Origin: Eledone cirrhosa
Taxonomy: Eukaryota
Direction of reading: 5' to 3'
DNA: 64,000 nucleotides
NCBI GenBank assembly: GCA_964016885.1
Contig: OZ024740.1
Span: forward strand, 65,100,001 to 65,164,000
Positions 13,012-27,254 of this stretch are shown piece after piece; positions within the stretch are counted from its first letter, which is position 1; every line of letters starts with the position of its first letter. The position numbers and the translations under genes are program-made. The notes under the pieces were generated by a model, which saw nothing but the letters and a program-made list of their open reading frames with translations, searched no databases and was not told the DNA's origin.

Positions 13012-13565
13012 AATTATTTTTACTTTTGGCACAAGGCCAGCAATTATCCCAGAGTATTACTGGTACTTTATTTTATCGACCACGTAAAGATGAAAGGCAA
13101 TGTTAACCTTGGCGGGATTTGAACTCAGTCCGTAAAGGGATGTAACTGCATGACGTCCGACCCTCTACCGATACTGCCAATCCACCCCATTATGTCTTAG
13201 TTTAAGACATAATGGATTTGAATATGAAATATACTGAAAGTAGATATAGAACAGTTTTACCATCTAATAATTGTTTCTACGTTTGGCACAAGGCCAGCAA
13301 TTACCCAGTGATACTTTATTTATCGATACTTTATTTTATCGACCCCGTAAGGATGAAAGGCAAAGTTAATCTCGGCGGGATTTGAACTCGGAATGGCAAG
13401 GGCCGTAACTCTATACGTCAAAGCATGGCGTCCGACCCTCTACTGATACTGCCATTACTATCTAATAATTGTTTCTACTGTTGGCACAAGGCCAGCAATT
13501 TGCAGTACATTACTGGTACTTTATTCTATCGACCCCGTAAGCATGAAAGGCAGAATTTGAACTCA
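13012..13565 (-). mobile_element. Three tRNA-derived SINE copies
   Basis: Reverse-complement core CTGGTACTTTATTTTATCGACC..TAAGGATGAAAGGC at ~13012-13188, ~13270-13455 and ~13467-13565. Confidence 0.85.
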
Positions 13566-13956
13566 ATAAACACTCATAAGTGAGCGATTCAATTATCACC
13601 TAATGCAGCTGCTCCGAACACGCATTATTCATATTTACATATATGATTGCCACTTATTCCTCTAGAAAATATTCATTTGTTACTGATATATTTATGTAAT
13701 ATTAACACATCTAATATATTAATGATTTATGAAGCTAAGTAGTGACGGAGTTCTTTATATTAATGTTACTTTCCCCTTCTTTCTCTATAATAGACATACA
13801 CAGTATTATTTTATTGGTTGGATCAAAAGTGTGAAAGATATGAGAACAATGTATCGTTAAATTTGGGAATTTTTTTTCAAAGGACATTCATTTGACATTG
13901 ATTCTCAAATATTCTATTATATTTTCCCTTGTAATATCTGTCATTTTTAAATGCAA

Positions 13957-14056
13957 CTAGACAACCCGTGACACCTTTGGGTCACGTTCACTTCAAAATA
14001 TTAAAAAAAAACCATATATGTGTAGGCATATATGTATGTATATATATATATATGCA

Positions 14057-14117
<61 letters not shown>

Positions 14118-14165
14118 CTCTCATCTATATGCACCAGTCAAAGACACACACACACATATATACAC

Positions 14166-14197
<32 letters not shown>

Positions 14198-14585
14198 TCA
14201 CACACATATATATATATATATATATATACACACATTCACATATATATATATCAACAACACCATCAGTTCTCTCTCTCTTTCTCTCTCTGCCATTCTCTTT
14301 CTTTGTCTGCTCTCCCTCTCTCTATGTTTCTTTTTCAGTCTACTCTGTCACAAACACTATTTCCTCCTCTCTATCTTTCTCTCTCTTTGTTTATGAAGGT
14401 ACCCAGATACAAACCCATATCTCGGGAACCCGAGGTCCGATTTACGCGAAACTTGTTTCATCCATTTATATTCCTAATCCAGGGTCAACTTACTTTCAAA
14501 GTATTTTCCCATTAAGTGCACCTTTTAATGTATTACATTACAGACAAGCAAGCAATCAATAACGGAGTTAAAGTAAAATATAGGT
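13957..14585 (-). mobile_element. Probable non-autonomous Helitron
   Basis: On the minus strand a GC-rich hairpin CGTGAC-n8-GTCACG is followed by GGTTGT-CTAG|T at 13957-13960. The 5' boundary is a guess. Confidence 0.45.
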
Positions 14586-15067
14586 AGCTATTTCAAGTTT
14601 CCATTTATTCTGTAAGTTCTTTAATTTGTTTCATGGAATCTTTCTTCTTTACATAGTCTTGACGTTAGAAACGTGTATAATACCTTTCCTTTTGTATTGT
14701 TAACTTTATTATCCCTATCGTAACCACAGTATCAGAAATATATCAGCGATACTTCTGGAACACATCAGATTTCTGTCTTCAGAATAGGTAAGGCTTGGAA
14801 ACATTAATACACATTTTAAAATATGTATTTTAAATACTATATGAAAATGCTGCAATAATATTTACAAATATTAGTATTGCTAAGTTTTATGAGTATTAAA
14901 GAAATAGGCCTATATCTATGCTTATAGGTGATCTGCCAAATTCATTACAAAGGTGATGTCTAATATTCCATTTGTACCTAATTATAAATGGGGTAGAATG
15001 ATACTTTCTTATTCAACAGCAACGCTGTTAGCCTTGTGCCTAAATCAGAAACCATTATTATTACTAC

Positions 15068-15258
15068 AGGGCGGTGGATTGGCAGTATCGGTAGAGGGTT
15101 GGACGCCATGCTTTCCAGCATAGTTACGTCCCTTTACGATCTGAGTTCAAATCCCGCGGAGGTTTTACTTTGCCTTTCATCCTTACGGGTGGATAAAATA
15201 AAGTACCAGTAATGAACTGGGTGATTGCTGGCCTTGTGCCTAAAGTAGAAACAATTAT
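15068..15258 (+). mobile_element. tRNA-derived SINE
   Basis: Full copy with A/B boxes, core and (ATT)n tail. Confidence 0.9.
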
Positions 15259-16329
15259 TATTACTACAACAACAACAACAACAACTACTACTACTACTAC
15301 TAGTAGTAGTAGTAGTAGTAGTAGTTGTTGATGTTGCTGTTAGGTAATACAGGAAACTATTTTTTGCTATTTAGTCAGGGTTGGAGAAGCACATTTTTCG
15401 AAACGGAACAGTTAAGAAACCAATACCTGATATCAGAAGTCACGAGTCAAATATGTTGAATAGCTCAAATAAATCTATCAAAGTTATGCGGTAAACGATA
15501 AATCAAACAACAGTCTAACTGAGCATTACGGAATCATTTCACCACCAACTTTCCACATCAGTTCTTTTCTTGTACCTAGAAGACATTCAGATCAATGTAC
15601 GTTATCTAAATCAATAGGCGCAAAGATTGCTTAGATTTCTATCTTTACCAATGAATAAAAGGAAACAATGAAAAATATTATTTTATATAAAGGAACAAAG
15701 TAAAGAATCATGTCTGAAAATCTATCGCAGGCATTAAAAAAAATCAATTATAATCTCTTCACAACGGTGTAAACAATCGTAAACATAAAAACGAATATCT
15801 TTAAAATTCATAACACTACAGTCATAACACTATCATAACAGATTCAAATAAAGTATGGAAAAACAGGACAATAAAGATCAAATGATAATCAATTAAGAAA
15901 AGACATTGTTTGAAACACAAGCAAAGAAACCATTACTTCGTCAATTGTATTCTCGTTAAATATTCAGATAAATGTCAAAGTGATGACAGAACGTATTTAT
16001 AAATGTAGTCAGGGACATGGGTCGTCGCTTAAGTTTTTTCAATGATCTCAAGTGAATACGTATTACAAAGAACGCTGTCGATGGTAATTGCCCTTTTTAC
16101 CTAATACAGCTTATATGACTAATTCTGTTTCTGGAAAGTAGTAGAGCCAAATGAGAAGATCTATTTATATTATCCATACATATTTGATTCCCAACAGAAT
16201 GTAGAACACGAATGACGAGCCTCAATACAGTAAAGTATTTATTTCATGAGAAAGTAGTCCCGAAGAGGCGACTACTATACACAACAGATTACTGTGTCAA
16301 TCTAAATAAAGCATTACAGAGTAAGAAAG

Positions 16330-16530
16330 TGGAAGCAACTATATGGTCATTATACCTTCTACAAATATCCAATTTCCCCCTTATCTCATCAAATATTTAT
16401 ATACGTTATACGAAAATTTGCATCCAGCTGAGCTTGGTTCGCTGAAAATTATTAGATAACCAGGCCAAGAAAAGTTTGTATAATCGGTTCGCTTCACATG
16501 GGGTTAAATAACAAAAACAATCAACCACTT
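16330..16530 (-). pseudogene. Possible decayed secretin-family (class B) GPCR fragment
   Basis: Minus-strand reading GCKFSYNVYKYLMR*GGNWIFVEGI reproduces the TM3 spacing C-K-x7-Y-x7-W-x3-E-G. Upstream FCYL..CEANRLYKLFLAW resembles ICL1/TM2. Stops are present. Confidence 0.35.
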
Positions 16531-17739
16531 CTATTTAATTATGACGTTCTCTGTTCAATACAACAATCCCACGGAAAGCAACCTTGGAGGTCAATAGTTT
16601 CCTTTCTTTAAACAAGAGTTAAGTATATCTCTGAAAATATGTATTAACAACCGGCATTAAGAATGTGTCTAATCTTAAAGAAAATCTGTTATCTTTTCAG
16701 AATATATTGTGCATAATTCCAAATAGGATGGTATATATATATATATACCTAAACTGTTATCATGTTTTTACTTCTTAGGATACGTCCATGTAATTCTTTA
16801 GAATTTCAGAGCTCACTTTGTAAAATATTATAGGAATTTAGAAATTTTGCAATAAATTATACGTTATTGCCATTTTTGTTAGCACATGGATGTCATGTAT
16901 ATTATGTGCAACGAGCTGGTCATTTTTGCTTATGCTTAACTTCCATAGTAATTTAACTTTATCACTTTTGAAGTATAATCTAATTTGTACAGATTTGTTT
17001 CTTGGAGCAATTGAATGTGTATATAGTGCAGAAACAACACTACGTTTTCTGAGTACATCTTATTAAAATGTGGTATAATATTTCATATATATATTGTGGT
17101 ATAAAGTCGTCATATACATTATAAAGTTTGCGGATACTTATTTTAATGTAAGTATTTGTGATTGCCTTGATACTGTATTACAAATATTGTTAAATCTATT
17201 GTTCCATTTTGCCTAGATTCTTTTTTTATATATAAAATAGTGTATTATTTCTATTATCAATTCAAACTATGTTGATTCATATATGCTGTGCTCCTTTTAC
17301 TTTATGTAATCAACATTCTTTATTTCGTGATTTTATATGTTTGCGTACTCTGTAGTTAATGTATCAACGTCAGCGTGTTTTCAAAATATCATTTTAGGGT
17401 AGTTTCAACTGCAAATATTTATGACCGTCTATGTCACAGTATTGAATATAATCATGTATTGCGGGGATCTAGAATCTTATTAAGGATGTTCTCATATTTT
17501 CTTTCTATATCGAATTGAATGTTTTAGTTCTGTTACCCTTTCCTGTGTCTCCAAACTATTTCTCTTGTTTCAAGCTTAAGTTTGTTTTGAAAGAACTTTT
17601 AACACATTTTAGTAGTTTACTCTAACAGATAATTTTCACTTTGAAACATCATAAATTCAACCATATAGAAATGATTTTCTCATACTCTAGCTTATATAGC
17701 CACTAATAATTCAATTCAGATGATTTTTTATTGGCACCA

Positions 17740-18240
17740 AGCAGAGCTGTCTGGAGATTGGATAGGATGCGTTCATCCATAGATATATCATGAGTTTAGA
17801 ACAATGTATTATAATATTTTGTAACCACTGGCCACAAATCTATCAAGTGCATGTTGGATATTACCTAGACGAGATAAGAAATACCATGTAGTCTAGAATT
17901 TCCAGCCGACTGATCCTACAGCGACCATTCTTCATATTATATGCAATTTGGCTAAGCATGTCAATTCTGTTCATCAAGATTATGAACAAGAGAGGAGACA
18001 ATACATACGCTTGGTGGTGTGTAACAGTCACATTGAATGTTTTCGATTTAGCACCATTTGCCCAAACACAAAAGCTAGGGCATTTGTATGAAGTTTTCAC
18101 GGCAAAGAGAAAATCTCTTTCGTATACACCTGCAGAACTTTCCGGTAACGGTAGATGTATTAGTAATGAATTTTTAAATGTTAATAAAATTGCGGTCCCT
18201 CACCATCCACTGAACGATCACGTCTCCTTGTTGATATTAT
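17740..18240 (-). mobile_element. Degenerate LINE RT fragment (RTE-like)
   Basis: SKTFNVTVTHHQAYVLSPLLFIILMNRI corresponds to a decayed GVRQGCVLSPLLF motif, followed by a decayed FADD-like region. Confidence 0.65.
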
Positions 18241-20189
18241 AATTTTAAGGAAGATTATATCACATTCTACCATATTAGATAACTAAAAATCAAAATATTC
18301 CGGGATTAAAAAAAAGATTTCTAGAAAATCAAAATTGTTCTCTCATAGTTTAACAGATACCTCTTCTCACAGATGTAGGAAATTACATGCTAACATTAAC
18401 ACAGAAACTTTTGACAATAATATTCATGTTTTACTGTCGGTATTGTGTAAATTTTCTCCTTACGTTTGTAAAATATTACTTGCGCTAGGTTTCTCAGAAT
18501 TACTTTTTGTTTGCGTGTTCTAAATAAGCTTATAAAAAGCAGTCAACCGCTGTTTCGTGATTCAATAATACATCAATTTTAGTTTTAGTGTTATTTTGTC
18601 AGGATGTTTCATCTGATGCAAGGAAAACAGAATCTAATAAACTCTGGAAAGAAATGTTACCGTTTACTTGTTAAACAGACGTATTCTATCTTCACAATAT
18701 TTCCCTGATAAAATAAAAAAAATTAAAAAAATGAAAACACTATTGTGTCGAACTTCCATGTTATTCTTATTACAGTAGTCTGTGTGCATTAAACTACACT
18801 TTTCTCTCACAATAGGACACATCATTGCAATAGGTTGAAATTGTCTCGAACTACCAGGAGATTTAAATCAAATAAGAACATTTTCAATATGATTTATGTT
18901 TCTCGTGAGATTCCTAACTATGAAGATTTTTCTTTCTATTAATATAATCTGATTTTCTTTAGAACAAAACAAAAAAACAAATGAATGAAAAAGAGGAAAT
19001 GAACAAAACTATTTTATGCTTGCATGGTACACCAGTAAAATACTCATAATTCAACACATAATGGCAACGTATGAATAAGAATTAGAAAATTGATTATCTA
19101 TATTCTTAGCTTGAGTAGATTTTAAGCCAGAAAAATTCATAATTTGCTTTCCAAAAACATTAGATTTTATGGCTATGTAAATATGATTCTCACTATGAAA
19201 ATTGTTCAATATATGTGAATTAGAAATACATTTCTTTATATTTTAAGAATCCGAATACGAATTATAGATAGGAATAAAATTGGAGGAGAGGTTAATATAT
19301 TTTGCAAGAGTTTTTTTTTAATAGTCAATTATATATAAAATTGAATCGTGACTAAATTACGTTTATATATCTATATCTTTATATACACACAAGCCCTATA
19401 ATTGAGGTTTTATATAGATACGCTAGATATGCAGAAACATATGGATGAGACGCTTTCCAAGATTTCTTTCTCGATTAATCATAAACATTACGGTATAAAA
19501 GGCATATGTAAAAGATTAAATATGAATAAATGAAGCCTGAACAAGTGTGTAATGAAACAACTTTTGACTTAAGAAGCATTGTGAAAATGAAATTTGAATG
19601 TTTCCACGCATAATATGCCTGATATGCTCAACTATTAATTTATTGATCGACTAATACTATTATGTCCATTTGAGCTTTGACGCACAGATAAATCTTTGAG
19701 GTTAGTTCGTCAAAAACATTACATCACATTTATAACTGAAATATTATGCTTGGTGGAAATGAATAAGTAAAATAATGTACTTAAATATAAGGATGATGGT
19801 ACTGGGGACGATATTAATACTAAGAATGATAAAAAACCCACAGCCAAAACAGTAACAACAAATACTACTATGACTACTGCTGCTACTGCAGCTTCTTCTG
19901 TTACTATTACTAGTAGTAGTATTAATGGTTTTGTATTTAGGCAGAGCCCACGATTTTTGGGGATGACAAAGTCGATTAAATCAACCCCAGTTCATTATAG
20001 TATAGACTGCGAACGGATGGCTTGTAGAGCACACCTCAACAGGTTTTGAACTTAGGACGAAAAGAGTAGGAAATATACCGGAAAGCAATTGTCCAATGCT
20101 CTCATATCTTTGCATAAGCACAGATCCGCAGTGATCAAAAATGTAAGGCCAAGAGCAATTAAAAGACCGACTGTCACATCGTATGTATT

Positions 20190-21075
20190 TCAAAGCAGAA
20201 ATGTTGGTGTAGACTAGAAAATAATGTTCATTAGTGCTTTAAAAGTTCTGGACTAAATGCAGAGAAAATGGATCCATAATGGCAACAAATACTATATCAT
20301 CGATTAACCAGAAAATACAGAGCACTCATCTAGTTCAGAATGAAATACACTTTTCGTGACTTATATAAATGAAACAATAGACCATCTTATTTTGACCTGC
20401 TCGATACTAACACTATATGCGATTATGGATCACCATGACGGATTAGAAAAAAACATCTGCACGAGAATCTATGCAATCACTGCAAAATAGAAAGTGTTAC
20501 CAACTCGTAAGGAAAGCATCCAGAGTCAGTAATGGAAAGAAACAATGTAATGATCATTTAAGATTTCTCCAGTTAACACAGACTGGACAATTCAAGAGAT
20601 CTGTAAAGTTACTATCACGAAGGACAGGAAAGGTAAATAATTTAGATTAATTGATATGAGTATTCCATCAGATAAAAAAGATCAATAATAGAAATTGAAG
20701 AGCTAAGTAAATACAAAGAACTAGAGATAGAGATTGAAAGGGTGTGATATATTAAAACATACAGTTCCATTTATCAAGGTGCCTTTAAGCATTATAAGTT
20801 AATTGGACACAAGGACAGCAATTATCCTAGTGCATTACTGGTACTTTATTTTATCGACCCCGTAAGCATCAAAGGCAAAGTAAACCTCGGCGGCATTTGA
20901 ACTCAGACCATTAAGGGAGGTAACTCTATGCTTCAGAGCATGGCGTCCGATCCTCTACCGATATTGCCAGATGTATGAAACCGTTTTGCAATATCCCAGG
21001 CGAAATAAATCTTCAGAAAATTCAAAAGATTGTATTGGATAGCACTGTACACATACCACGAATTGTCCCCTCGAA
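20190..21075 (+). mobile_element. Degenerate R4/Dong-like LINE 3' fragment (restriction-like endonuclease), interrupted by a minus-strand SINE (~20800-20970)
   Basis: Remnants LKSSGLNAE, LIDMSIPSDK...EIEELSKYKELEIEIERV and IPGEINLQKIQKIVL are typical of RLE-clade C-termini. Confidence 0.65.
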
Positions 21076-21439
21076 ATATGAATTGCAGTATAAGTAGAAC
21101 ATGCTTTTAATTTAAATTAAATGTTGAACTTCTACACGTCTTATATATTCAAGGCCAAGTTATAAAAATAATCATTCAACTATAGAGAGTAGGCAGCATC
21201 TATTTAATACTGAACAGGAGCTATGTGCGTTGGTTTAGTTAACGCAGTTTGAATACAAGACCATAATTAATAATCCGTGTTCTCCCAGAAAATGAAACTG
21301 TATCCTTTTCTTACTTTTCTTAATCTCATCTAGCTTTATATTTCTTCTTTTCAGACAGGGGTTGAATAACGAGTTAAATGTAACGGAGATGAAGAAACAA
21401 CAAAAGGAAGAAATGTATACCAATATAATATCTACTTCA

Positions 21440-21930
21440 AAATTGTGTTACGGATTGCGCTGTTAAGGCGTTTGCAAGAAAACCACTTACGTCACTAAAC
21501 TAAGACATACAACATCACAGGATGAAAACCTCTGTAGAAAAAAAGAACACATGTATTTAATGCAACATAATATAGTTACTTCAGAGTATGTTGAAATATA
21601 TATTGTATCCCTCTGCACTCTAACAGCTGAGAACGAATAAAACGACAACTATGTGAGAGCTGTGACGTACATACATTAGAGAATATGCTAGCATATCAAT
21701 AGAAATATTAAGAGAAATATTTGTTCTAGATATACACAGGTAAATGTTTTCAAAGAATAATAAAGCGGCCATACTCTATTGTATGTCAATACTCATAAAC
21801 CGTCAGACAAATGATAATTCATCACTCATTGTTGTCAAGTTTCACTAGAAAGGAAGTACCGCATAATCGAGGTAGCAGTTCCAAGAATGATAACATATCG
21901 CTTAAAGAATTTGAGAAAATATCTATATAA
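21440..21930 (+). mobile_element. Second, more decayed R4/Dong-like fragment
   Basis: Remnants such as IIEVAVP followed by LKEFEKIS; many stops. Confidence 0.4.
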
Positions 21931-22191
21931 TTTTCTTAAAACAGACGAAGTGAGGAGGCTGAATAAGAAATATTCATATGAACAATAGCTGTTTTTTCTT
22001 CTTATTTTTTGAAAACACTAATATGAAACAACCTGTAGAAACAAACACAAAGTAATGCAGAGAAACTACGCAGCGACATAGAGAGATATACTGAATAGTA
22101 TTAACAGGGACGTGATTATAAATCAAGGTTAATTAAATTGACATATTTCCAAAAAAACCTTCAATACAATTAATTTCATATATATATATAT

Positions 22192-22378
22192 AATTGTTTC
22201 TACTTTTGGAACAAGGCCAGCAATTAACCAGTGCATTACTGGTACTTTATTTTATCGACCCCCTAAGGATGAAAGGCAAAGTTAACCTTGGCGGGATTTG
22301 AACTCAGAATGGCAAGGGCCGTAACTCTATGCGTCAAAGCATGGCGTCCGACCCTCTACCTATATTGCCAATCCACCT
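22192..22378 (-). mobile_element. tRNA-derived SINE
   Basis: Full reverse-complement copy. Confidence 0.9.
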
Positions 22379-23504
22379 ATAATATTATACCAATATATTT
22401 CCCAGGCTTGACTTCTCTCTATCAATCTTAATACATCAATGTGATGGCAATTCTTATTTGGATATTCAATTTGGATATTATATTTACATGCTTACTTTAC
22501 ATAACATCTCATATTATTTATCCCTAATTGTGTCTCTGAAACTCTGATTGCTTGAAGGTGTTTCGGTTTAGTTCAGTCTAATTACACAGATCTGATTTCA
22601 AGAGCATTTAATTAATGTAAATGCACGCAAGTTGGCTTTTCTTCAAAATTCGGTACAACTTGTCACGATGGTATGTAACTGCTAATTTGAGTAGCACAAT
22701 ACTTGTGCTACTCAAATCCAGTAAATAAGTACTCTATCATAAAACAATGAGTTTACATTTATCTTGCGTATTCCGATTCTCCCGCTAGTTTACGTTGTCA
22801 TGGGCAATATTTGTCCCTCACAAAATCACTAAATAATTATGAACCAGTGATAGATTCTTAATTAAGGATAGTAATAATACTATAGACATAATAAATAGTG
22901 ATAAAAAGAATGTTTACTTTCTCAAAATTCATATTACTATTGCTGAAGTAACGAGTAACGAATGGATAACAAACATAATTTCTGACACAAGTATAGGCCA
23001 CTACGGTGTTTCCGATTCGTACAAATAACCTTAGTCTCAACTGTATAATATAGTAATACAATTAACAAAATTGTATTTCCACATCTCACTAATTCTCATT
23101 TTGAAAGAGGTTTCTATTTCATCTTCATTTGCAGAGTAAATCTGATTTCAGGATGTTAATTCCCATTACGTCAGGAGTTAAGTGGTCAATGTAATCTAAA
23201 TGTAACATAAAAGTGCTTATGAAGCGTAAATGCTTTTCGAGTATATTAACTCGTAGAATGCGTGTAAGACACAGCTGAACCAAAATAATGAACTTATTTT
23301 TCAGATAGGTATTTCAAATATTTCTTTTCACTCCGCCCTTTAAAACTCATGGGGAAGAGAAAATACTAAAACCTAAATAGCATAATAAATTTACCTCTCT
23401 AGTATATAACAAACTATTCTGCTTCATTATTATTCACAGTATTATTATACATTATATAATCCATGAGTATGTATTGTATATGTATGTATGTATCAATCTA
23501 TCTT

Positions 23505-23910
23505 CAGGTCAGACACCTTTCTCTCCGGCGAGGAACTGATTCGTTTTTTTCAAATATCATTTTGGAAGAAGAATCAGGATGGAGAGAGAGGAGCTGTACC
23601 CCAGCACAGTTTATAAAAGGTGGGTGAATGTGGCAAAGATGGCCCGAGTGGTTGTGCCTCTCTCTATATAAGCCTGTAGGTTGAGGAAAAAGAGGAAGAG
23701 AGGAAGGGAGTACTCACTCTTGGTGCTCTTGGAGATGAGGGTTATACATTTTTTCGGGGTGTGTACAACCCCTATGTAACACCCCCCCCCCTATTGGGGA
23801 TTTCAATTGTTATTTCTTATTGTATCAATAGTTTTATTTTCAGATACCTGTATGTAAACACCCCATTTGTATTTGTCCCCTTCTTTTGTGCCCATGTGGC
23901 TAATAGAGAA
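23505..23910 (+). mobile_element. Probable Tx1/L1-like LINE 3' end
   Basis: FFKYHFGRRIRMEREELYPSTVYKRWVNVAKMARV resembles Tx1/L1 ORF2 C-termini; followed by a 3'UTR-like stretch. Confidence 0.45.
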
Positions 23911-23931
23911 ATGTATATATCTATCTATCTA

Positions 23932-23973
<42 letters not shown>

Positions 23974-23977
<4 letters not shown>

Positions 23978-24340
23978 AACGTTTGTATATGTATAATAAA
24001 GCAAAACAATGCAGGTATGGACATAGAATAAAGAATGCAAATGCAAAAGATAATGTTGACAATTAGTCTTTTACCTTAGATTTATTTAAATGTCCTTAAT
24101 TTTCGAGATAATATCTCTTCTTCGGAGGGAAGTAAAGCGGTGAAACCAGTGTTCTAAATAGCTTGCCAAGTCATGCTTTACTTCCCACCGAAGAAGAGAT
24201 ATTATCTCGAAAATTAAGGACGTTTAAATAAATCTAAGGTAAAAGACTAATTGTCAACATTATCTTTTGCATTTTCATTCTTTATTCTATGTCTATACCT
24301 GCATTGTTTTGGCTTTATTATACATATACAAACGTTTATA
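23974..24340. repeat. Inverted repeat (~165-bp arms), each arm with a minimal hammerhead motif
   Basis: Arms 23974-24138 and 24175-24340. Minus 24094-24128 reads CCT-CCGAAGA-A-GAGAT ATT ATCTC-GAAAATTA-AGG; plus copy at 24185-24219. Confidence 0.85.
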
Positions 24341-24380
24341 CCTCATTACACAATGCTTCAAGTGAACTATAACTTCCTCC

Positions 24381-24422
<42 letters not shown>

Positions 24423-24488
24423 ATACATATATACATGCATACATGTATATATCTGTGTATATACATGTATGCTTTGGTATTAATATGT

Positions 24489-24830
24489 GCGGGGACAGAA
24501 ATAATCGGGCAGAATACCTGACCGCGCGGTTAAACCACTGGGAGTGAAGGACCCCTAGTCTTTGTCAGGGCATTCTTCTAGGAGAAGGCAACTCCGGAAA
24601 CTGAGATAACTCTGACATAAAACATGCGGCTCAGTAGTTACCGATGATGTTGATTCTTTCTTCTTTTCGGGTTATAACTACTGTCGCTCAGAGAGTGGGA
24701 TTGGCTCAGTGCACAGTCGTTCCTCACTTAAAAAATATCTTCACGCACACGGATTGCACGATTGCATTAATTAATTATTAATAATGTTATATCGTGCAAT
24801 GGCCATAGTCGATATCGAGGGGGCAGCCAT
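24489..24830 (+). mobile_element. Family A non-autonomous RTE derivative
   Basis: Aligns to 11747-12092 end to end. Confidence 0.85.
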
Positions 24831-24856
24831 AATATATATATATATATATATATATA

Positions 24857-26656
24857 TACGATATTAACAAATGGAAACTATATTTATAAAACCATATTTA
24901 TTTCATTATGCATATTTCAAGAACACCAAGTTAAATTATGATGTGCTTTCATCAGATAAAATATAATATAGAGCAGTTTTATAAATAAACATTCACATAC
25001 CCTTAAATAATGCAACCATTACTGTTGGAAGCTCCCGGATAGTGGAGTTATATCTTTAATTATACTATTAGGTAAGTTAGTATTGGATATTTTTAAATAA
25101 GCCGTTGGGTTACGGAGAAAGAGAAAGATAGAGAGAGAGAAGAACAAGAGAGAGAAAAAAGAAAGAGAAAAAAGAAAGAGTAAAAAAAAGAAAAGAGAGA
25201 GAGAGAGAGGAGAAAGAGAAAGGAGAGTGAGCGAAACTCTAGGTGATAGGTTGTTGAGTTATCTTAACATTTGAGATGAAATGAATAAATAAAATTAGAA
25301 ATGTAAATAATCATGAATGGAAGATACATATATAATATGAGAATTTAAACCATTGTTTAAATATGATTAAATGTTTAGTTAATCAATTAAAATATTGAAA
25401 TCAATACATTAAAAATTGAGATCTATATATTAAGAAATCTATATATTATTATTAACAATCTATATATTATTAGAAGAATATAATACATATAACAATATGT
25501 GTATTGATATACATGTACATATATTTATGTGTGTCTATGTATATATATATGTGATGCATATCTACCTATGTGTGTGGGTGGGTACGTCTATGTATGTATA
25601 TGTGGGAATTGTGTATATATATGTATGTGTATATGCATACAATTCGATTGCACTTATTTATAAGGATTATCATAAGGTTCGTGACAAATAAACATATATG
25701 ATAACACTCATAACTACATAACAGGTAATCTTATTAAATATAAAACTTATATAAAAAAAGTATAATAACATAAAGTGTGTATAACATACAATTTCCTTTA
25801 ATAACTTAACAATTGTAACATTCATATAACTAAATAACGTAATTTTCCTTCACGTAATTTTCCTTCACGCTGCTTTGATATTACATAGAACGGATTTTCT
25901 CTGATTTTATAAGATTCCTATATCTTAAATTAAAAAATCCTTTATATTTTGTATGTATATATTATATGCGTAGATAGATATGTATATATGTTTATACGTG
26001 GGTATATATATTTATATGTATGTATATTTGCGTGTGTATATGTGTTATATACTTCTAATAATATATAGATTGTTAATAATATATAGTCTTAATAAAAATA
26101 TATAGATCTCAATTTTTAATGTATTGATCTCAATATTTTAATTGATTAACTAAACATTTTATCATATTTAAACAATGGTTAAAATTCTCATATTATATAT
26201 GTATCTTCCATTCATGATTATTTACATTTCTAATTTTATTTATTCATTTAATCTCAAATGTTAAGGTAACTCAACAACCTATCACCTAGAGTTTCGCTCA
26301 CTCTCCTTTCTCTTTCTCCTCTCTCTCTCTCTTTTCTTTTTTTTTCTCTTTCTTTTTTCTCTCTCTTGATCTTCTCTCTCTCTATCTTTCTCTTTCTCCG
26401 TAACCCAACGGCTTATTTAAAAATATCCAATACTAACTTACCTAATAGTATAATTACAGATATAACTCCACTATCCGGGAGCTTCCAACAGTAATGGTTG
26501 CATTCTTTAAGGGTATGTCAATATTTATTTATAAAACTGCTCTATATTATATTTTATCTGATGAAAGCACACCATAATTTAACTTGGTGTCCTTGAAATA
26601 TGTATAATGAAATAAATATGATTTTATAAATATAGTTTCCATTTGTTAATATCGTA
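24857..26656. repeat. Large inverted repeat (~630-bp arms, ~550-bp spacer) of a PLE pseudo-LTR-like unit
   Basis: 24857-25492 is the reverse complement of 26040-26656. Hammerheads at 24899-24963(-) and 26550-26614(+). Confidence 0.9.
26550..26614 (+). ncRNA. Type I hammerhead ribozyme motif, intact core
   Basis: TATTTTAT-CTGATGA-AAGCACACCA..TGGTGTCCTT-GAAA-TATGTA-TA-ATGAAATA. Related copies at 24899(-), 44121(+), 56816(-) and ~62350(+). Confidence 0.75.
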
Positions 26657-26728
26657 TTTTTACTCAAATTATTTATCAGTTATAAAAATATTTGCTTGCT
26701 GTATCCCAACAATTTAAATAGAACTTTT

Positions 26729-26903
<175 letters not shown>

Positions 26904-27254
26904 TGTGTATTTGTGATTTATTATCCGTGGGTCATTAATACTCGTTAGAGTCAGATGTGCTACGTTAAGATATGATGTCAGTAACCAGAAAGCCGGAATT
27001 GGTTCAATCCGTTTCTCTAACGAAGTTTTGTGTGGATTTTCTTGTATATTTCTTTACATTTTAGATTGAATTCACATTCAGTAAAAGCATAAGGAATACT
27101 ATATAGAATCCCTTCACCAACACTTATCTCCTGTGTGTTTCTGCAAGGATGCTTAAAAGTTTAACAATAATATCAAATCCATTTCCACTTTCTTGAAGAA
27201 ATCTTATCGATTTTTATATTGGAATTGCCTCTAACAAGGTTTAACGAGTCTTCT

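Noticed and set aside
15890-15945. GFFACV as TM7 of the putative GPCR
   Set aside because: The downstream FLN is out of frame and the spacing leaves no room for TM6.
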